A DNA stretch of 64,000 nt from Eledone cirrhosa (GCA_964016885.1 OZ024742.1:226672001-226736000); one strand, 5' to 3'; numbered from the stretch's first letter, positions 19,351-34,359 are shown. Numbers and translations are program-made. The notes: a model not told the origin generated them from the sequence alone.

Positions 19351-19859
19351 ATATACCGTATATACTCGTGTAAAAGTCGAATTTTTAAGGTTAAATTTAC
19401 GGGAACGACTATTAGAAACTATTTTTGAAGTGGCTTGAAATTCATGCTAGAATCAAAAGTACCGTAACAGTAGCAGAAGCCCAACTGATCTCTAAACGAA
19501 TAAAAACAAACACAATGAATTACAGTAATATTACCAATCCTATGCACCAAACCACACGACCTAGTAAATAACAAAATCCATAAACAAGGTCGTGTAGCTC
19601 TTATAAATATTTACAATTGCTTTTTTACTCGTATCCATTAAAGTTAACTTACTAGATGTTTTAGAGCAGAGGTCCCCAACTTGTTTGTATGAAGGGGCCA
19701 CATTTACATTCCAAATTTAGATGAGAGCCGGATATTAGAATTATCCATACTATCGAAGACAGTTCTTGTTTTCATGATGGCAGACTTATACTTAAAATTG
19801 CCGCGTTCTCAATCAAAACTCGTTAAACACACACACACATTCTTTTTCTCGAAAAAGTC

Positions 19860-20390
19860 TTTTGAAGATTGTCGTGCTATCTGCCTCTTTCAAAAACGAA
19901 AGAGAGGCGGTTTTCCTCTATACAGTGGCTATGGTGAAAGAAGTTATATGGTGGACGAGGTTGAGAGGACTGAGGACAGATGCCTTTCTCTCCGGACAAC
20001 AATTGATTCCCTTCTTTAAGTATCACGTTAGAAGGAGAATCAGGGTGGAGAGAGAGGCACTGCACCCCAGTAAATTTACTGAAAGGTGGGTGAATGAAGC
20101 GAAAATGGCCCGAGTGATTGGGCCTTCTCTATTTATAAGCCTGTAGGGTGAGGAAGAGAGCAAAAGGAAGAAAGGAGCACTTGCACAACACGCTGCTGGA
20201 GTTGAGAGTTGTTCTATCGACGGGGTATTAAACAACCCCTTTGTGGCGCCTCCCCCCTATTGGGGATTTCGATTGTTGTAATTGTTTGTTTTTATATTTT
20301 TTACACGACTGTATGTAAAATCCCCGGCATGTCTTTGTATTGTCCCCTTTTCTTGTGCGCCCTTGTGGATAATAAAGAAATATATATGTT
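19860..20390 (+). mobile_element. 3' end of an L1/Tx1-like LINE (ORF2 C-terminus plus 3' UTR)
   Basis: ORF 19862-20146 contains KEVIWWTR...FFKYH..RIRVER..FTERW; 3' end GCCCTTGTGGATAATAAAGAAAT. A related tail lies at 32755-32796. Confidence 0.55.
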
Positions 20391-20403
20391 ATAGGACATA
20401 GAT

Positions 20404-20448
<45 letters not shown>

Positions 20449-21251
20449 ACACACACATTATACATATGAAGTGTGGCAGACAGAGAGAACCGAGAGACAG
20501 AGAAACAGGTTTCTTCTTGTAACATGGCAAGGAATGTGAGGTTGATATTGGTGCTAACATCAATGGTTGAATCCTTGGGAAATAGTTATGTAAAACTTTG
20601 TGAAAACTTTGATGAATCGATCGTAAAGATAACTACGAAACATCATTGATCTATTTTAATTGAACACCAATATAGATAATCACTTTAATCTCTAATGTTA
20701 TTTCTGCTCAAGCGGAGTGATTAATATATTTTAATAAGAGACAAGATCCAATCACTACAGAAAGATCGATAATAGTCAAACGGAGTGAAAGAAAACAATA
20801 AGGAATGTTTTGGACTCTTTAAATCTTCACACACCGAAGCCGTTTCCAGTAATTTCACTTCTATTTCTAATTATCGGCCATTAACCTGGAAATCGTATTA
20901 AAGGACTTTTAAAATAAATATCATCTACTGTTGTTGTGGTTGTTATTATTGTTGTTGGCAGTGGTGATGACTATGATAACGACGATAACGACGGTGACGA
21001 CGATAATGATGACGATGATGATGATGATGATGATGATGATGATATGTTTTCTGACTAGAGATACATTCTTTCCAGTTGATTGGTCTAGCTCGAGAAGTCA
21101 AAGAGTGCAGATTCTATTGCATCCGTAACGGAAATAATTCATTTGTAAATTAACAGCAACCGTGTAATATAAGGAAAGTTAACTGATATATATATATATA
21201 TTTCCAATTCCATCCCGCCCGTCCCCTCAATCTATCTTATTTCTCATTCTT

Positions 21252-21287
21252 TCTTCTGATGAAGGACTAGCGTCCGAAACGTTAAGG
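21252..21287 (+). ncRNA. Minimal hammerhead ribozyme in a ~165-bp PLE terminal remnant (21202-21366)
   Basis: tctt-CTGATGA-a-ggac tagc gtcc-GAAA-cg-TT^-aagg, with the palindrome AACGTT replacing stem III. Confidence 0.7.
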
Positions 21288-21361
21288 CCCCCTTCCTGCT
21301 ATATCATACGTTAACCTAATGTATCCCTTCCATACACTGTACCGATTGTGTTATTTCTGTT

Positions 21362-21460
<99 letters not shown>

Positions 21461-21500
21461 CATATATATATATATATATACATATATGTATATATATATA

Positions 21501-21550
<50 letters not shown>

Positions 21551-21634
21551 TATATACATATATATATTTATGTATATATATATATATATATACATACACA
21601 CACACACACACATAGATATAGATATATATACACA

Positions 21635-21774
<140 letters not shown>

Positions 21775-21809
21775 TGTGTGTATATATATATATATATACA
21801 TACATATAT

Positions 21810-22097
21810 AAAATACAATATGTTGAAAAGGTAACACACTAGAGAGAGATAGTGTGCCATCAATAAAAAATATACATTTTAATTTATATTTTTTATTGTG
21901 TGTCTACCCTGCCTTTCATAGGTTATAGATTCCATACACTGGTTGTTTTTCCCTGTTCTATTGATGGCACACTATCTCTCTCTAGTGTGTTACCCTTTCA
22001 ACATATTGTATTTTAAAGAGCTCAGGATTCCTGTTCCTTTGAGCACATTATTGACAGGGAATAGCGAGAGTCTATGGCTCCATTAATTTATCGTGAT
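21810..22097 (+). mobile_element. Fold-back cassette in a microsatellite; HHR not retained
   Basis: Inverted arms 21810-21865 and 21959-22015; bulged hairpin GCTC-agga-ttcctgt-tcct-TT-GAGC at 22020-22044. Confidence 0.65.
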
Positions 22098-22910
<813 letters not shown>

Positions 22911-23749
22911 TATATATATATATGTGTGTGGGGGGGGGGGGGGGTATATATATACAGTGTATCCCCGGCATTCACGGTTCCGGTTATTCGTGGAATTTTC
23001 CTTAGAAGCTAATTAATAATGTTCGAGGAAACCACTGCATATTCGCAGAATCGTAAATATCTTCCGCGATATCTTGTGCAGACTCGACCTGTTAGAAGCA
23101 CATAGTCACAAATCTACACGTGAGCGACTCCAATCTTATCCTAACGTCGGTACACTGTTAACCTGAACAGCAACATGCTCCAGTGGAGTCTTGAGCGTCT
23201 GAGCCACCCTTTGTGGAGATGCACTGCTCGCTCATACTAGATGGGAAGGGTCTAGAAAAGGTGAGCTAAGCAAAGCCTGTTCGGCCATCAAACTGGCCTG
23301 CAGCCTACGGTTGTCAGTGGTTCATAGTAGCAGGGAATTCGTTGAAGAAACGGCCCTTTTCTGTAAAGAAGTGGCAGTTATAACATATATATATATATGA
23401 CAGTCGATTGACTTTCGTCAAATCGGACCGAGGAAACAATGTTTCCATTGGTCTTTCCAATTGCTAATACTATCTATCGGTCGCAACTCCAGGTAGAAGG
23501 AGCAACGTGAAATAAAGTGTCTTGCTCAAGGACATAACGCACCACCCGGTCCAGGAATCGAACTCACAACCTCACGATTGAGAGTTCAATTCTGTTACCA
23601 CTCAGCCACGCGCCTTCATATATATATAATTGGTGTTGGGTGCTTAAAGCACCCAACACCAATTATATATATATGAGCTGGTCACCCGAGAAACAATTGT
23701 AATATGTCCAATAAATTCCTTTCGTCGCAACACTGATTCTCTTTTTTCT

Positions 23750-23829
<80 letters not shown>

Positions 23830-23835
<6 letters not shown>

Positions 23836-24657
23836 CAAGGTTTAGCAAATAAGAAAAAGTTTCAAAATAAATTTCAAAAAATTCACTGTACTCACTATGG
23901 TTACCTTTACCGAATCGGTTTCGAGTCTCAAAAATTTGAAAAGATCAACACTCGTCAGAAGGTTCTTTTCACTCGGAGAATATAAAATTCGCGAGTTCAA
24001 ATTACGAACTGGCGCTATTCAAAATTGTTCCCGAGATGAGAATGAATGATGTGGAAGCAATTCTGTCCAGTGCCGTGTGTAAAGATAGAAGCAGAGGCAG
24101 GGAGGTCAGTCTACTACCACTATAAATAGCAGCAGTCAAAACGACTACATTTTATCTCGACCAAGAGGAGAATAATAATAATAAAGTATATATCCCTACA
24201 CGCAAAAAGCGTCCAGGGACACATGTATTATCCAACCATATGCCAATGTGGTTCAATGGCAGGTTAATAAATTAACGAGCTAGAACATATATAATCAAGG
24301 TTTAGCAAATAAGAAAAAGTTTCAAAATAAATTTCAAAAAATTCACTGTACTCACTATGGTTACCTTTACCGAATCAGTTAACTTTACCGAATCTTCTGA
24401 CGAGAGTTTATCTTTTCAATGGAAGGCCGCAAGGACTGTCCATTTATTTTTGAGACTCGAAACCGATTCGGTAAAGGTAACCATAGTGAGTACAGTGAAT
24501 TTTTTGAAATTTATTTTAAATCTTTTTCTTATTTGCTAAACCTTGATTATATATGTTCTGGCTCGTTAATTTATTAACCTGCCATTGAACCACATTGGCA
24601 TATGGTTGGACAATACATGTGTCCCTGGACGCTTTTTGCGTGTAGGGATATATACTT

Positions 24658-24662
<5 letters not shown>
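23830..24662. mobile_element. Compound PLE pseudo-LTR cassette: two minus-strand segments and one plus-strand segment
   Basis: 23830-23935 and 24178-24378 are reverse complements of 24445-24662; HHRs at 23903-23963 (-) and 24393-24477 (+). Confidence 0.8.
24393..24477 (+). ncRNA. Type I hammerhead ribozyme with extended stem II
   Basis: tctt-CTGACGA-gagttt...agactc-GAAA-ccg att cgg-TA^-aagg. Confidence 0.8.
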
Positions 24663-24706
<44 letters not shown>

Positions 24707-24712
<6 letters not shown>

Positions 24713-24893
24713 AGGGTGTGGTAGGATAACAGGTGGACCATAACCCACCAGAGTACTCGATACTTGGGATAATAGAGTAGGTAATATGAAAAGATTCAGG
24801 ACCCCAACGGCTCAGCTCCGGCCGTTTCGACAGCTAGATCCGAACGGATCTAGCTGTCCAAACGGACGTAGGCGTCCTGAATCTTTTCATATG
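24707..24893 (-). mobile_element. Diverged member of fold-back mini-family P1
   Basis: Homologous to 55107-55298; palindrome centre GGATCTAGCTGTC near 24843; hairpin at 24755-24778. Confidence 0.7.
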
Positions 24894-24899
24894 TATATA

Positions 24900-26675
24900 T
24901 ATCCTTCTTCTGCTCCTTCCACCCCTCCCTCCACTTCACCACCTCTATCTCGACCACCCACGTCCACTTCTTGGACATCTCCGTCGCCATCGACCCCTCC
25001 CACCACTCCCTCATCACCTCCGCCTTTTTCAAACCCACCTCCTCCACTCCTACCTCGACTTCACCTCCTCCCACCCTACACACTTCAAACACTCCATTCC
25101 CTACTCCCAACTCCTCCGGGTCAGCCGCCTTTGCAGCCGAGATGCTGACTTCGAGACTCAGGCCCTGTCTCTGGTCAGCCATTTCATCCGGAGAGGTTCC
25201 CCCTCCCTCGTCCACGCCGCCCTCACTCGCGCCCGCGCAGTCCGCTTCTCCACCGCCCTCACCCAACTCCCCCCCTTCTGTCCCCCTACACCTCCACCGC
25301 ACCATCCTCCGCCTCTTTCGACGCCTCCAGTCCGACACCTCCACCTCCCCATCTCCCCCCCCCAGTTCCCTTCCCTGCTCCAGACCTCGCTGCCACACCT
25401 GCCCCACATTACCACAACACCACCACCTTCCAGGGTCCCAACGGCCACTCTCTCTCTGTCCGGCATGCCTTCCGCTGCACCTCCTCCAGCCTCGTCTATG
25501 GACTTCGCTGCACGGAGTGCAGCGCAATCTATGTCGGACAGACCGGACGTCGCCTGGCGGATCGGTTCACGGAGCACCTCCGAGATATTCGTCTCGGCGG
25601 GAGTTGCCCCATCGCCCGCCACTTTGGTTCCCCTGGACACTCCGCCAACATATATACTACTAACACCTCCACTAATATACACACAACCCCCACACACGCA
25701 TCGCCACCCTCCTCCTCAACTTTTCAAACTAACCCACCTCCTCTCCTGTCCTCCGCACCTCCGCACACACATACACACATTCCACACACACACATACAGA
25801 CCATCCCTACCACTCGCCTGTCTGTCATCCTCCTAACTGCTGTCTCCTCTCTCTCTCGTATCCTTCGCCCTGCCTTCTCCAACGCCTGCCTTGACCTTGT
25901 TGACCACTTCCTGTTGCGCGTGCACCCAACACCTTTCTACTTTCTCCGCACCATTCCACGAATTCTACACGACTGAGCACATGCTCCAGACATCCACCTT
26001 CTTATACTTGGATTCTTCACCATCTGTTCATACACTCAGCGGAAAACATTCAGGAACACACAAACACTTACACTATTTTTGCACACACGCAACCATATGT
26101 TCCCACGTATCCACACCACACAAAAACACACACACACACACGTGCGTATCCTCACATACACATACCCGGCCTCGGACTCCACCACCCGACCGACCCCTCT
26201 CCATCCACACACACACACACACACACACACACCGACTTACACCCCACCACATGTACACACAGGTTTTTCTATTACCCGAACATGGAACCTCGTTCTTCCC
26301 CAATCTCTCACACTCACATCCACACACACACACACACATATATACCTACACACATACACGCACCACCTTCCGCCCTCCCCGTTCGGACCCCCTGTCTCCT
26401 TCTCCCTTCCCTCCCCCCTCCATCCACCCGCCACCACCCTACACGCCTCGCACCCTTTCACCACTTGTTTCATTTTAATTTTAATACCCTCATTTTAATG
26501 TTTTCCTCCCCTTAACCCCCCCCCCCTTTTAATGTCTTTCCACCACTCCCCTTCACACCTACGGAACTCTTTTCCTTCCCACTTTTCTCCTGATGAAGGG
26601 CTTATGTCCGAAACGTCGCCCCCCACCCCACTGTACTGCACTCTTCGTTATTGTTATTGTTTTTGTTTTTAACTT
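24900..26675 (+). mobile_element. Neptune-like PLE 3' fragment (RT thumb, GIY-YIG, HHR-bearing terminus)
   Basis: FLDISV..FKPT, HSYLDFTSSHP, SIPYSQ, PCSRPRCHTC and LVYGLRCTECSAIYVGQTGRRLADRFTEH; HHR core CTGATGA-agggc ttat gtcc-GAAA-cg-TC at 26590-26617. Confidence 0.88.
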
Positions 26676-26689
26676 ATATATATATATAT

Positions 26690-26947
26690 ATACGATATTA
26701 ACAAATGGAAACTATATTTATAAAACCATATTTATTTCATTATACATATTTCAAGGACACCAAGTTAAATTATGGTGTGCTTTCATCAGATAAAATATAA
26801 TATAGATCAGTTTTTTATCTGATGAAAGCACACCATAATTTAACTTGGTGTCCTTGAAATATGTATAATGAAATAAATATGGTTTTATAAATATAGTTTC
26901 CATTTGTTAATATCGTATTTTTACTCCAAATATTTGTTGAGTGCTTT
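26690..26947 (+). mobile_element. Fold-back cassette with twin hammerheads (26813-26873 +, 26735-26795 -)
   Basis: ttttat-CTGATGA-aagcacacc..ggtgtcctt-GAAA-t atgt a-TA^-atgaaa; hairpin at 26923-26942. Confidence 0.8.
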
Positions 26948-27147
26948 NNNNNNNNNNNNNNNNNNNNNNNNNNNNNNNNNNNNNNNNNNNNNNNNNNNNN
27001 NNNNNNNNNNNNNNNNNNNNNNNNNNNNNNNNNNNNNNNNNNNNNNNNNNNNNNNNNNNNNNNNNNNNNNNNNNNNNNNNNNNNNNNNNNNNNNNNNNNN
27101 NNNNNNNNNNNNNNNNNNNNNNNNNNNNNNNNNNNNNNNNNNNNNNN
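26948..27147. other. Assembly gap (200 N)
   Basis: Run of N characters. Confidence 1.
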
Positions 27148-29150
27148 GCTGTCTTCTTCTTGGGCTACTATCCTAAGGTTAAAGACAGAGAGGGAGGACT
27201 CTATTTTCACTGATAAAATAAAATATTGCAGGGGTATATTTCAGGGGGACAGTCTCTCTGTGATATTGTTCATCTTGTCATTAAACCCCTTGTCCTTTCT
27301 GCTCAAGAAATGTGAGGGATACATCATTGGCTCACAGGAGGACAGAAATACGAACCTAACCCATAACTTCTTTGTGGACGATCTGAAACTCTATGCCAAG
27401 AACATGGATGGGATGAAGAAAAATCTTGACCTGGTTACAACATTCTCAAAGGATATAGGAATGGAGTTTGGCCAAGATAAATGCTCATACATGACTGTAA
27501 AGCGGGGAAAAACAACAACCCAATCTAGCAACATTGTCATAAATGGTCTAACTGTTTCACCGATATCTGATGAGGACTGCTACAGATACCTGGGGATAGA
27601 TGAGAACATATCCTATAATGGTATCTGTAATAAAGAACGCGTAACCAGGGAATACTACACCCGATTAAGAAAGATCTGGTCATCGGAACTCTCTGCGCAA
27701 AACAAAACAGTGGCTCACAATGTGTTTGCTGTGCCTGTCCTAACACCAACGTTTGGAATACTCAATTGGACGATAGACGAAATCCGAACAGTTGATGTTG
27801 GAACTCGAAAAATACTGAACAACACCGGAAACTTCCACATCAACAGTGACATAGACCGCCTTTATTTGAAACGTAAGCAGGGAGGCAGAGGCCTAACATC
27901 AGTCCAGACAACATTTGAATGTCGCATCATATCTCTCCGACAACATCTACGAACCTCGAATCGTAGGAGCCCGCTTCTGGAGCAAGTCTATCTGCATAAA
28001 ACAGATAAGATCATGAGAGTTGGGAAGGAACTCCTTGAGAGATATTCCCTCTGTGATAATCAAAAACTCACACCCAGGGATGTCGCTCAGCAGTATCGTA
28101 ATGAATCCATGGATGAAAAACTGCATGCCTATCAGCAAAAAATCATGCATGGATATGTTGCCAGGAAGCTCCAGAGTGAGAGTAATATAGATAAGGACCA
28201 ACAACCGCTATATTGGCTCCCACTTTGAAGGATACGCTTTTGCAATCCAAGAACAGGAGATTAGCACGAAATACCTGATTTACAAAAGAGATAGAGATGC
28301 AGGCAAAACACCTAGATGTGATAACAAGTGCAGACTCTGCAGAACTAACATCGAGGATATCACCCATGTCATCAGCAGCTGCCCAAAGATGTCATCGCGG
28401 TACTATCTACCTATGAGGCATGATGTAGTGGCCAAAACACTGTACAATGCAGTTCGTAAAAAAGATAGCCCCGATAATAAACACATTAAAAGCTACAGAA
28501 TGTGGAAGACATCCATGTACATAATATGAAAGAGTACTGGTGGAATGTTCCAGTAAAAACCCCAATAAAATGCAGGCATTACAGACCAGATATTATGATA
28601 TGAGACAGGGAGAAGAAAACATGCACAGTAGTGGAAATTAGCTGCCCAGCAGATGCCAATATAATATCAAAGATTAGTGAAAAGGAGAATATTTATACAG
28701 AACTGATGAAAAATCTGCAGATACTCCACCCTGATTACACCTTCAGATTTATGCCTGTGATTATTGGGGCACTGGGATATGTTAGTAACTGCCTCAATAC
28801 AAATCTTGAGAAGCTAAGCTTCACAGGAACAGAAAGAACACAACTAGTTAGGAAACTACAAGTACAATCCATTAATTGAACAGTAAAAATATGTAAAACA
28901 TTCAAAACATTTTGCATCTAATAACTGCATATACACATGTACAGATACAAAGCATATACACATGCACACATACAACTCAAAATATACACATTCACACATA
29001 CAATAACATCTATATCTACACATGCATGCATACATACATATCTACCTAGTTGATATTGTGTAAATTCCAATGAGAGAGTCTTGTGTCTATGTTAGAAACT
29101 GACTCTCTCTCTATTGGTAAAACTTTGTGAAATTATAAAACCAGAAGAAC
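27148..29150 (+). mobile_element. Dong/R4-like RLE non-LTR retrotransposon, 3' part, degenerate
   Basis: GIFQGDSLS, FFVDDLKLY, YRYLGI, DRLYLKRKQGGRGL, then after a frameshift CRLC..EDITHVISSC, RHD, RPDI and VEISCP; the 3' UTR ends in CATACATACATA. Confidence 0.92.
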
Positions 29151-29262
29151 ATACATACATAATACACACGACACTCAGCTTTATAATTGTTTCTACGTTA
29201 GCCACAAGGCCAGCAACTACCCAGTGTATTACTGGTACTTTATTTTATCGACCATTATATAG

Positions 29263-29360
<98 letters not shown>

Positions 29361-29815
29361 CAATACATGTGTAAACCCTACGATTAAGTTTAAACGCCAT
29401 TTCGATAATTGAGTAGGAACTCAATCACAAAACGTCCAAAGCTCGACCGTATGGCTGACACTAGTTAAGACAATATTTACACCCTACTTTCCTTTGATAC
29501 TAATCTACCACAAACCGTCTTTGCTTCTATAAAACAAAGCCACCCATCTTTCCTAGATTCTTCATTAATTAATCAAAATACAAAGTAAATTCATTAGAGA
29601 TAGAGTAACGAAAAGGTTAAAGTATGGATTACTAAGTTGAATGATGGTATTACTAGCCTTTAATTAGTAACATCTTATCTACACACAAACACACTCAAGC
29701 GCCCACGCACACGCACACACACATAAATACATACACACACACTTACTCACGCACGCGTGCACACACTTACTCACGCACGCGTGCACACACACACACATAA
29801 ATACACGCATATATA

Positions 29816-30026
29816 TGGCTGAGTGGTTAGAGAATTGGATTCACAATCGTGAGGTTGTGAGTTCGATTCCTGGACCGGGCGATGCGTTATGTCCTTGAGC
29901 AAGACACTTTATTTTTCACGCTCTTCCTTCTACCTGGAGTTGCGACCGATAGATAGTATTAGCAATTGGAAAGACCAACGGAAACATTGTTTCCTCGGTC
30001 CGATTTTACGAATGTCGATCGACTGT

Positions 30027-30027
<1 letters not shown>
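29816..30027 (+). mobile_element. tRNA-derived SINE, family B (copies at 23400-23615 minus and 36865-37050)
   Basis: Box A TGGCTGAGTGG and box B GAGTTCGATTCC, central TGTCCTTGAGCAAGACACTT. Confidence 0.85.
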
Positions 30028-30078
<51 letters not shown>

Positions 30079-30079
30079 A

Positions 30080-30430
30080 GGAGGTGAGTTTTATTGTAGC
30101 ACAATAAAGCAATGCAAATATCGGATAAGTAGCACTCTACAGTTTGTAGGACTGGAGTATAAATAATATAAGATCAAAAGATGGTTAAAAGAGTTCCAAG
30201 TATTTTATTATGCGCATTTCAAAAACAAATATCAGCATGGGGTGATATCTGCGTTCTCATCAGATAAAATAGGGAGACATGATATGAAGCTTAAAAAACA
30301 CTTGTGAGCAGTGAAGTTTTAAATCAACATATGTTGAACGCAGATATCATCCCATGATGATATTTGTTTTTGAAATGCGCATAATAAAATACTTGGAACT
30401 CTTTTAACCATCTTTTGATCTTATATTATA
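30080..30430 (-). mobile_element. Fold-back cassette with a hammerhead at 30201-30271 (-)
   Basis: tattttat-CTGATGA-long stem II-GAAA-t gcgc a-TA^-ataaaata; inverted arm 30336-30430; hairpin at 30134-30158. Confidence 0.82.
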
Positions 30431-30451
30431 TATATATAGAGAGTGAGATAT

Positions 30452-30597
30452 ATAAGTCCAGAAATAGCCGTGTCGAAACGACTTGAGCTCTGCCGTCGGC
30501 GTCATACATTTTCCTATTACCCACTCTTCTACCCTAAGTATTGAGTACTCTGGTGCGTTATGGTCCATCTAGTTCCTTACCACAACTCCTTCGTTAT
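30452..30597 (+). mobile_element. Mini-family P1 copy (others at 35331-35423, 39412-39562, 55107-55298 and 57408-57586)
   Basis: Shared ~145-nt sequence AGTCCAGAAATAGCCGTC-GAAA-cggc ttgagctc(t/a) gccg-TC-ggggtc...CCTTCGT followed by (TA)n. Confidence 0.8.
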
Positions 30598-30657
30598 ATA
30601 TAGATAGATAGATAAAGTAGAATCGAAATCTGTGTTTTAGCATATGTACAGACTTTG

Positions 30658-30740
30658 GCATATTGCAATTGTTTCGATCAGCTCAGGGTACAACCGAAAT
30701 GATGGGGCCCGACTCTTTTTCGGGATCTCGTCAGGTGTGC
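30658..30740 (-). ncRNA. Degenerate hammerhead ribozyme (related 3' halves at about 23690 and 60893)
   Basis: CTGACGA-gatc...gatc-GAAA-caattg-CA; cleavage triplet and stem I are mutated; TATATAAA lies upstream. Confidence 0.55.
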
Positions 30741-30769
30741 GAGTTTATATATGCAAAGACACTATATGT

Positions 30770-30841
<72 letters not shown>

Positions 30842-32106
30842 GACCTCCTTCGTTTCCAATGATGAATGCTCCAGTTGATTCAACAGAACTGCTTGCTTGT
30901 GAAATTAAAGTGTGAGTGGCTGAGCATTCTACAGATAAGTGTACCCTTAACGTAGTTCGCAGGGAGATTCAGTGCGACACAATGTGTGATAATGCTGAGT
31001 GGACTGGAGCAACGTGAAATAAAGTGTTTTGCTGACCGGCCTAGGAATCGAGCTCATGAACTCATGATCGTGAGCTGAACACCCCTGGTCACTAATCACA
31101 TACCTTCGCACACACACATACATATTCATACACACACACATATAAATACCATATACATACACACATATACACACACATATACATACCGTATACATACACA
31201 CATACACACACACATATACATACCATATACATACACACATATACACACACATATATACATACCGTATACATACACACATACACACATACATATACATACC
31301 ATTTACATATACACACACATATACATACACACCTACATATACATACCATTTACATACACATATACACACACACACATATATATATTGGTAAACAATCGGA
31401 AAATATATCAAAACATAAAAAATTCCTATCTCCTCTTTCTCTCTCACTCTCTCTCACTTTCCCCTCTCTCTTTCTTTCACACATACATACACACAGAGGC
31501 AGGCCTGTACAAACTTGCATGATTAGCCATCATTTGTTCCAAGAAGCAAGCAAAATAATCCCCAAACCAGAAGAACTTTCTACAATCGACCAAAGAATGA
31601 AGGCCACACAATCTCAGTCATTCCCTTGCCTACAAATCTGTTGTTTTTCTTTTGTCCCTGTACACAATCTGCATGTAAGCAACACTATATATTGTAGAAC
31701 TAAATTCCTGTACAGCTGTTATGTATCAGCTCTGCTAACCTTGTTAAATACCTTTGAGATTTGTGTCTATATGATAATATATAATCCATATTGAATAACA
31801 TTTAATTGAAATATTTCAAGTATTCCAAGTATTTTCAGAAATCAACCATTTTGATACCAAACGGCGGGAAACTGCACTGGGTTTATGTTACGAAATAGCT
31901 CATTTAATGTGTTTATTCTTATATTAAAGCGTTTCATCAAGATTTTTATGAAATGTTCTAAATATTGGTTTACTTTTGAATATTTGGATATTTTCTAAAT
32001 TAATTGAAATACACAGGCATTCGAAATACAGTAAATAAAGGGTTAACCTTGAATCTAACATCTCTGGTGTACTTTGTGTGTGTGTGTGTGAGTTTATATG
32101 TCTGTT

Positions 32107-32169
<63 letters not shown>

Positions 32170-32174
<5 letters not shown>

Positions 32175-32446
32175 TATTGAAGTTTCCGTTGAAAAATGAA
32201 AAAGTCATAGGAGTGAAGAGCGCGCTATGTAAGTACCAGAGCTAAATTTAATGTATAATAAACAATACACTATAATTACCTCATTACCAGAGGTTTCCCG
32301 AATAAGACGAATACAAGAAACGTCCTCATTCGTTCATCGGACAAGGCAATACAGAAATTGCCTTGTCCGATGAACGAATGAGGACGTTTTTTGTATTCGT
32401 CTTATTCGGGAAACCTCTGGTAATGAGGTAATTATATTGTATTGTT

Positions 32447-32452
<6 letters not shown>
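32170..32452 (-). mobile_element. Fold-back cassette with twin hammerheads (32275-32350 -, 32357-32432 +), CCGAUGA core variant
   Basis: attgccttgt-CCGATGA-acgaatgaggacg..cgtcttattcgg-GAAA-cc tct gg-TA^-atgaggtaat; 10-bp stem I. Confidence 0.75.
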
Positions 32453-32487
<35 letters not shown>

Positions 32488-32537
32488 CGTACTGCCTCTC
32501 TGTTTTGTTCCCGTTCAATTTTTCACTATATATATAT

Positions 32538-32971
32538 ACAGTGTACTCCCGGCTTTCGCGACCCCGGTTATTCGCGGAATTTTCCTTAGAACCTAACTAA
32601 TAATTGTTCGTGGACACCACCGCATATTCGCAGGATCGTAAATATCTTCCTCGATTTTTTATGGCTTTTTTCGTGGCAATATATATTTTTTACATTAATG
32701 ATTTAGCGTTAAAAAGCGTAAAAAATATATATTGATTTCTATTTATTGCCACTAGGGTCCCCTTCTTTTGCGCCCTAGTGGCAATAAATAGAAATCAATA
32801 TATATTTTTTACGATTTTTAACGCTAAATCATTAATAACGATATACCCTATTTTGACGTTGTTTTGACGTTTATAGGCATTTTTATGGAACACGTCCAAT
32901 ATTCGCGGTTTAGACTCTTCGCACTTTTCGCGGGTGCTCTAGGAACGTATCACCCGCGAATACTGGGGGAC

Positions 32972-32972
<1 letters not shown>
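32538..32972. mobile_element. Tc1/mariner (pogo/Tigger-like) MITE; partial copy at 22955-23070
   Basis: TA-CAGTGTACTCCCGG..TTCGCG left end and CGCGAATACTGGGGGACA right end. Confidence 0.6.
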
Positions 32973-33038
<66 letters not shown>

Positions 33039-33639
33039 CTACCATAGAACCTGTCAAAAATGGCGGGGTTTATAATAAATAACAATATTGATTACATGAT
33101 TAGTGTTATGGAAAGATGTTCGAATCCTCGAGTTTCTTCTTGTTCCTCTGGCTACCGCCGTTTTTCATTTTACATTTATTTAACTCAATTACAACCATAT
33201 TTTCTGTAATCACTATCAAACAAACATCCATTAATTTACTATTAATTTACTATTAATAGGGCGGTGGATTGGCAGTATCGGTAGAGGGTCGGACGCCATG
33301 CTTTCCAGCATAGTTACGTCCCTTTACGATCCGAGTTCAAATCCCGCCGAGGTTGACTTTGCCTTTCATCCTTACGGGGTCGATAACATAAAGTACCAGT
33401 AATGCACTGGGTAATTGCTGGCCTTGTGCCAAAAGTAGAAACAATTAATTTACTATTAATTTATTCTACATATGTGTTTGTCTATCTATTGGATTTTTTT
33501 GTCTAGCTATTGGATTTATGCTTTGTTGTTGTTATCGACAGATAGACATGTACCCCTGTAGATAGTTAGAGTGGTAGCTAGCTAGCTAGCTAGATAGAGA
33601 GAGAGGGGGGAGGGGGGGGATCGACGGAGCGGTAGAAAG

Positions 33640-33775
33640 ACAGTTAGGTAGACAGACAGAGAGACAGACTGATATATATATATATAAAGAGAGAGAAATA
33701 GAGAGAGAGAGAGAGAGAGAGAGAGGTTGGCCAGTTAGGTAGAAAGACTGTTAGGTAGACAGAGAGACAGACAGA

Positions 33776-33824
<49 letters not shown>

Positions 33825-33949
33825 GGAGAGAGAGAGAGAGGGAGAGAGAGAGAGAGGGAGAGAGAGAGAGAGAGAGAGAGGTTGATCGACAGAGAGGCAG
33901 AAAGACAGTTAGGTAGAAAGACTGTTAGGTAGACAGAGAGACAGACAGA

Positions 33950-34000
<51 letters not shown>

Positions 34001-34028
34001 AGAGAGAGGGGGAGAGAGAGAGAATAGG

Positions 34029-34061
<33 letters not shown>

Positions 34062-34109
34062 TGGCCAGTTAGGTAGAAAGACTGTTAGGTAGACAGAAAG
34101 ACAGACAGA

Positions 34110-34144
<35 letters not shown>

Positions 34145-34171
34145 AGAGAGAGGGGGAGAGAGAGAGAGAAT

Positions 34172-34207
<36 letters not shown>

Positions 34208-34255
34208 TGGCCAGTTAGGTAGAAAGACTGTTAGGTAGACAGAAAGACAGACAGA

Positions 34256-34290
<35 letters not shown>

Positions 34291-34317
34291 AGAGAGAGGG
34301 GGAGAGAGAGAGAGAAT

Positions 34318-34359
<42 letters not shown>

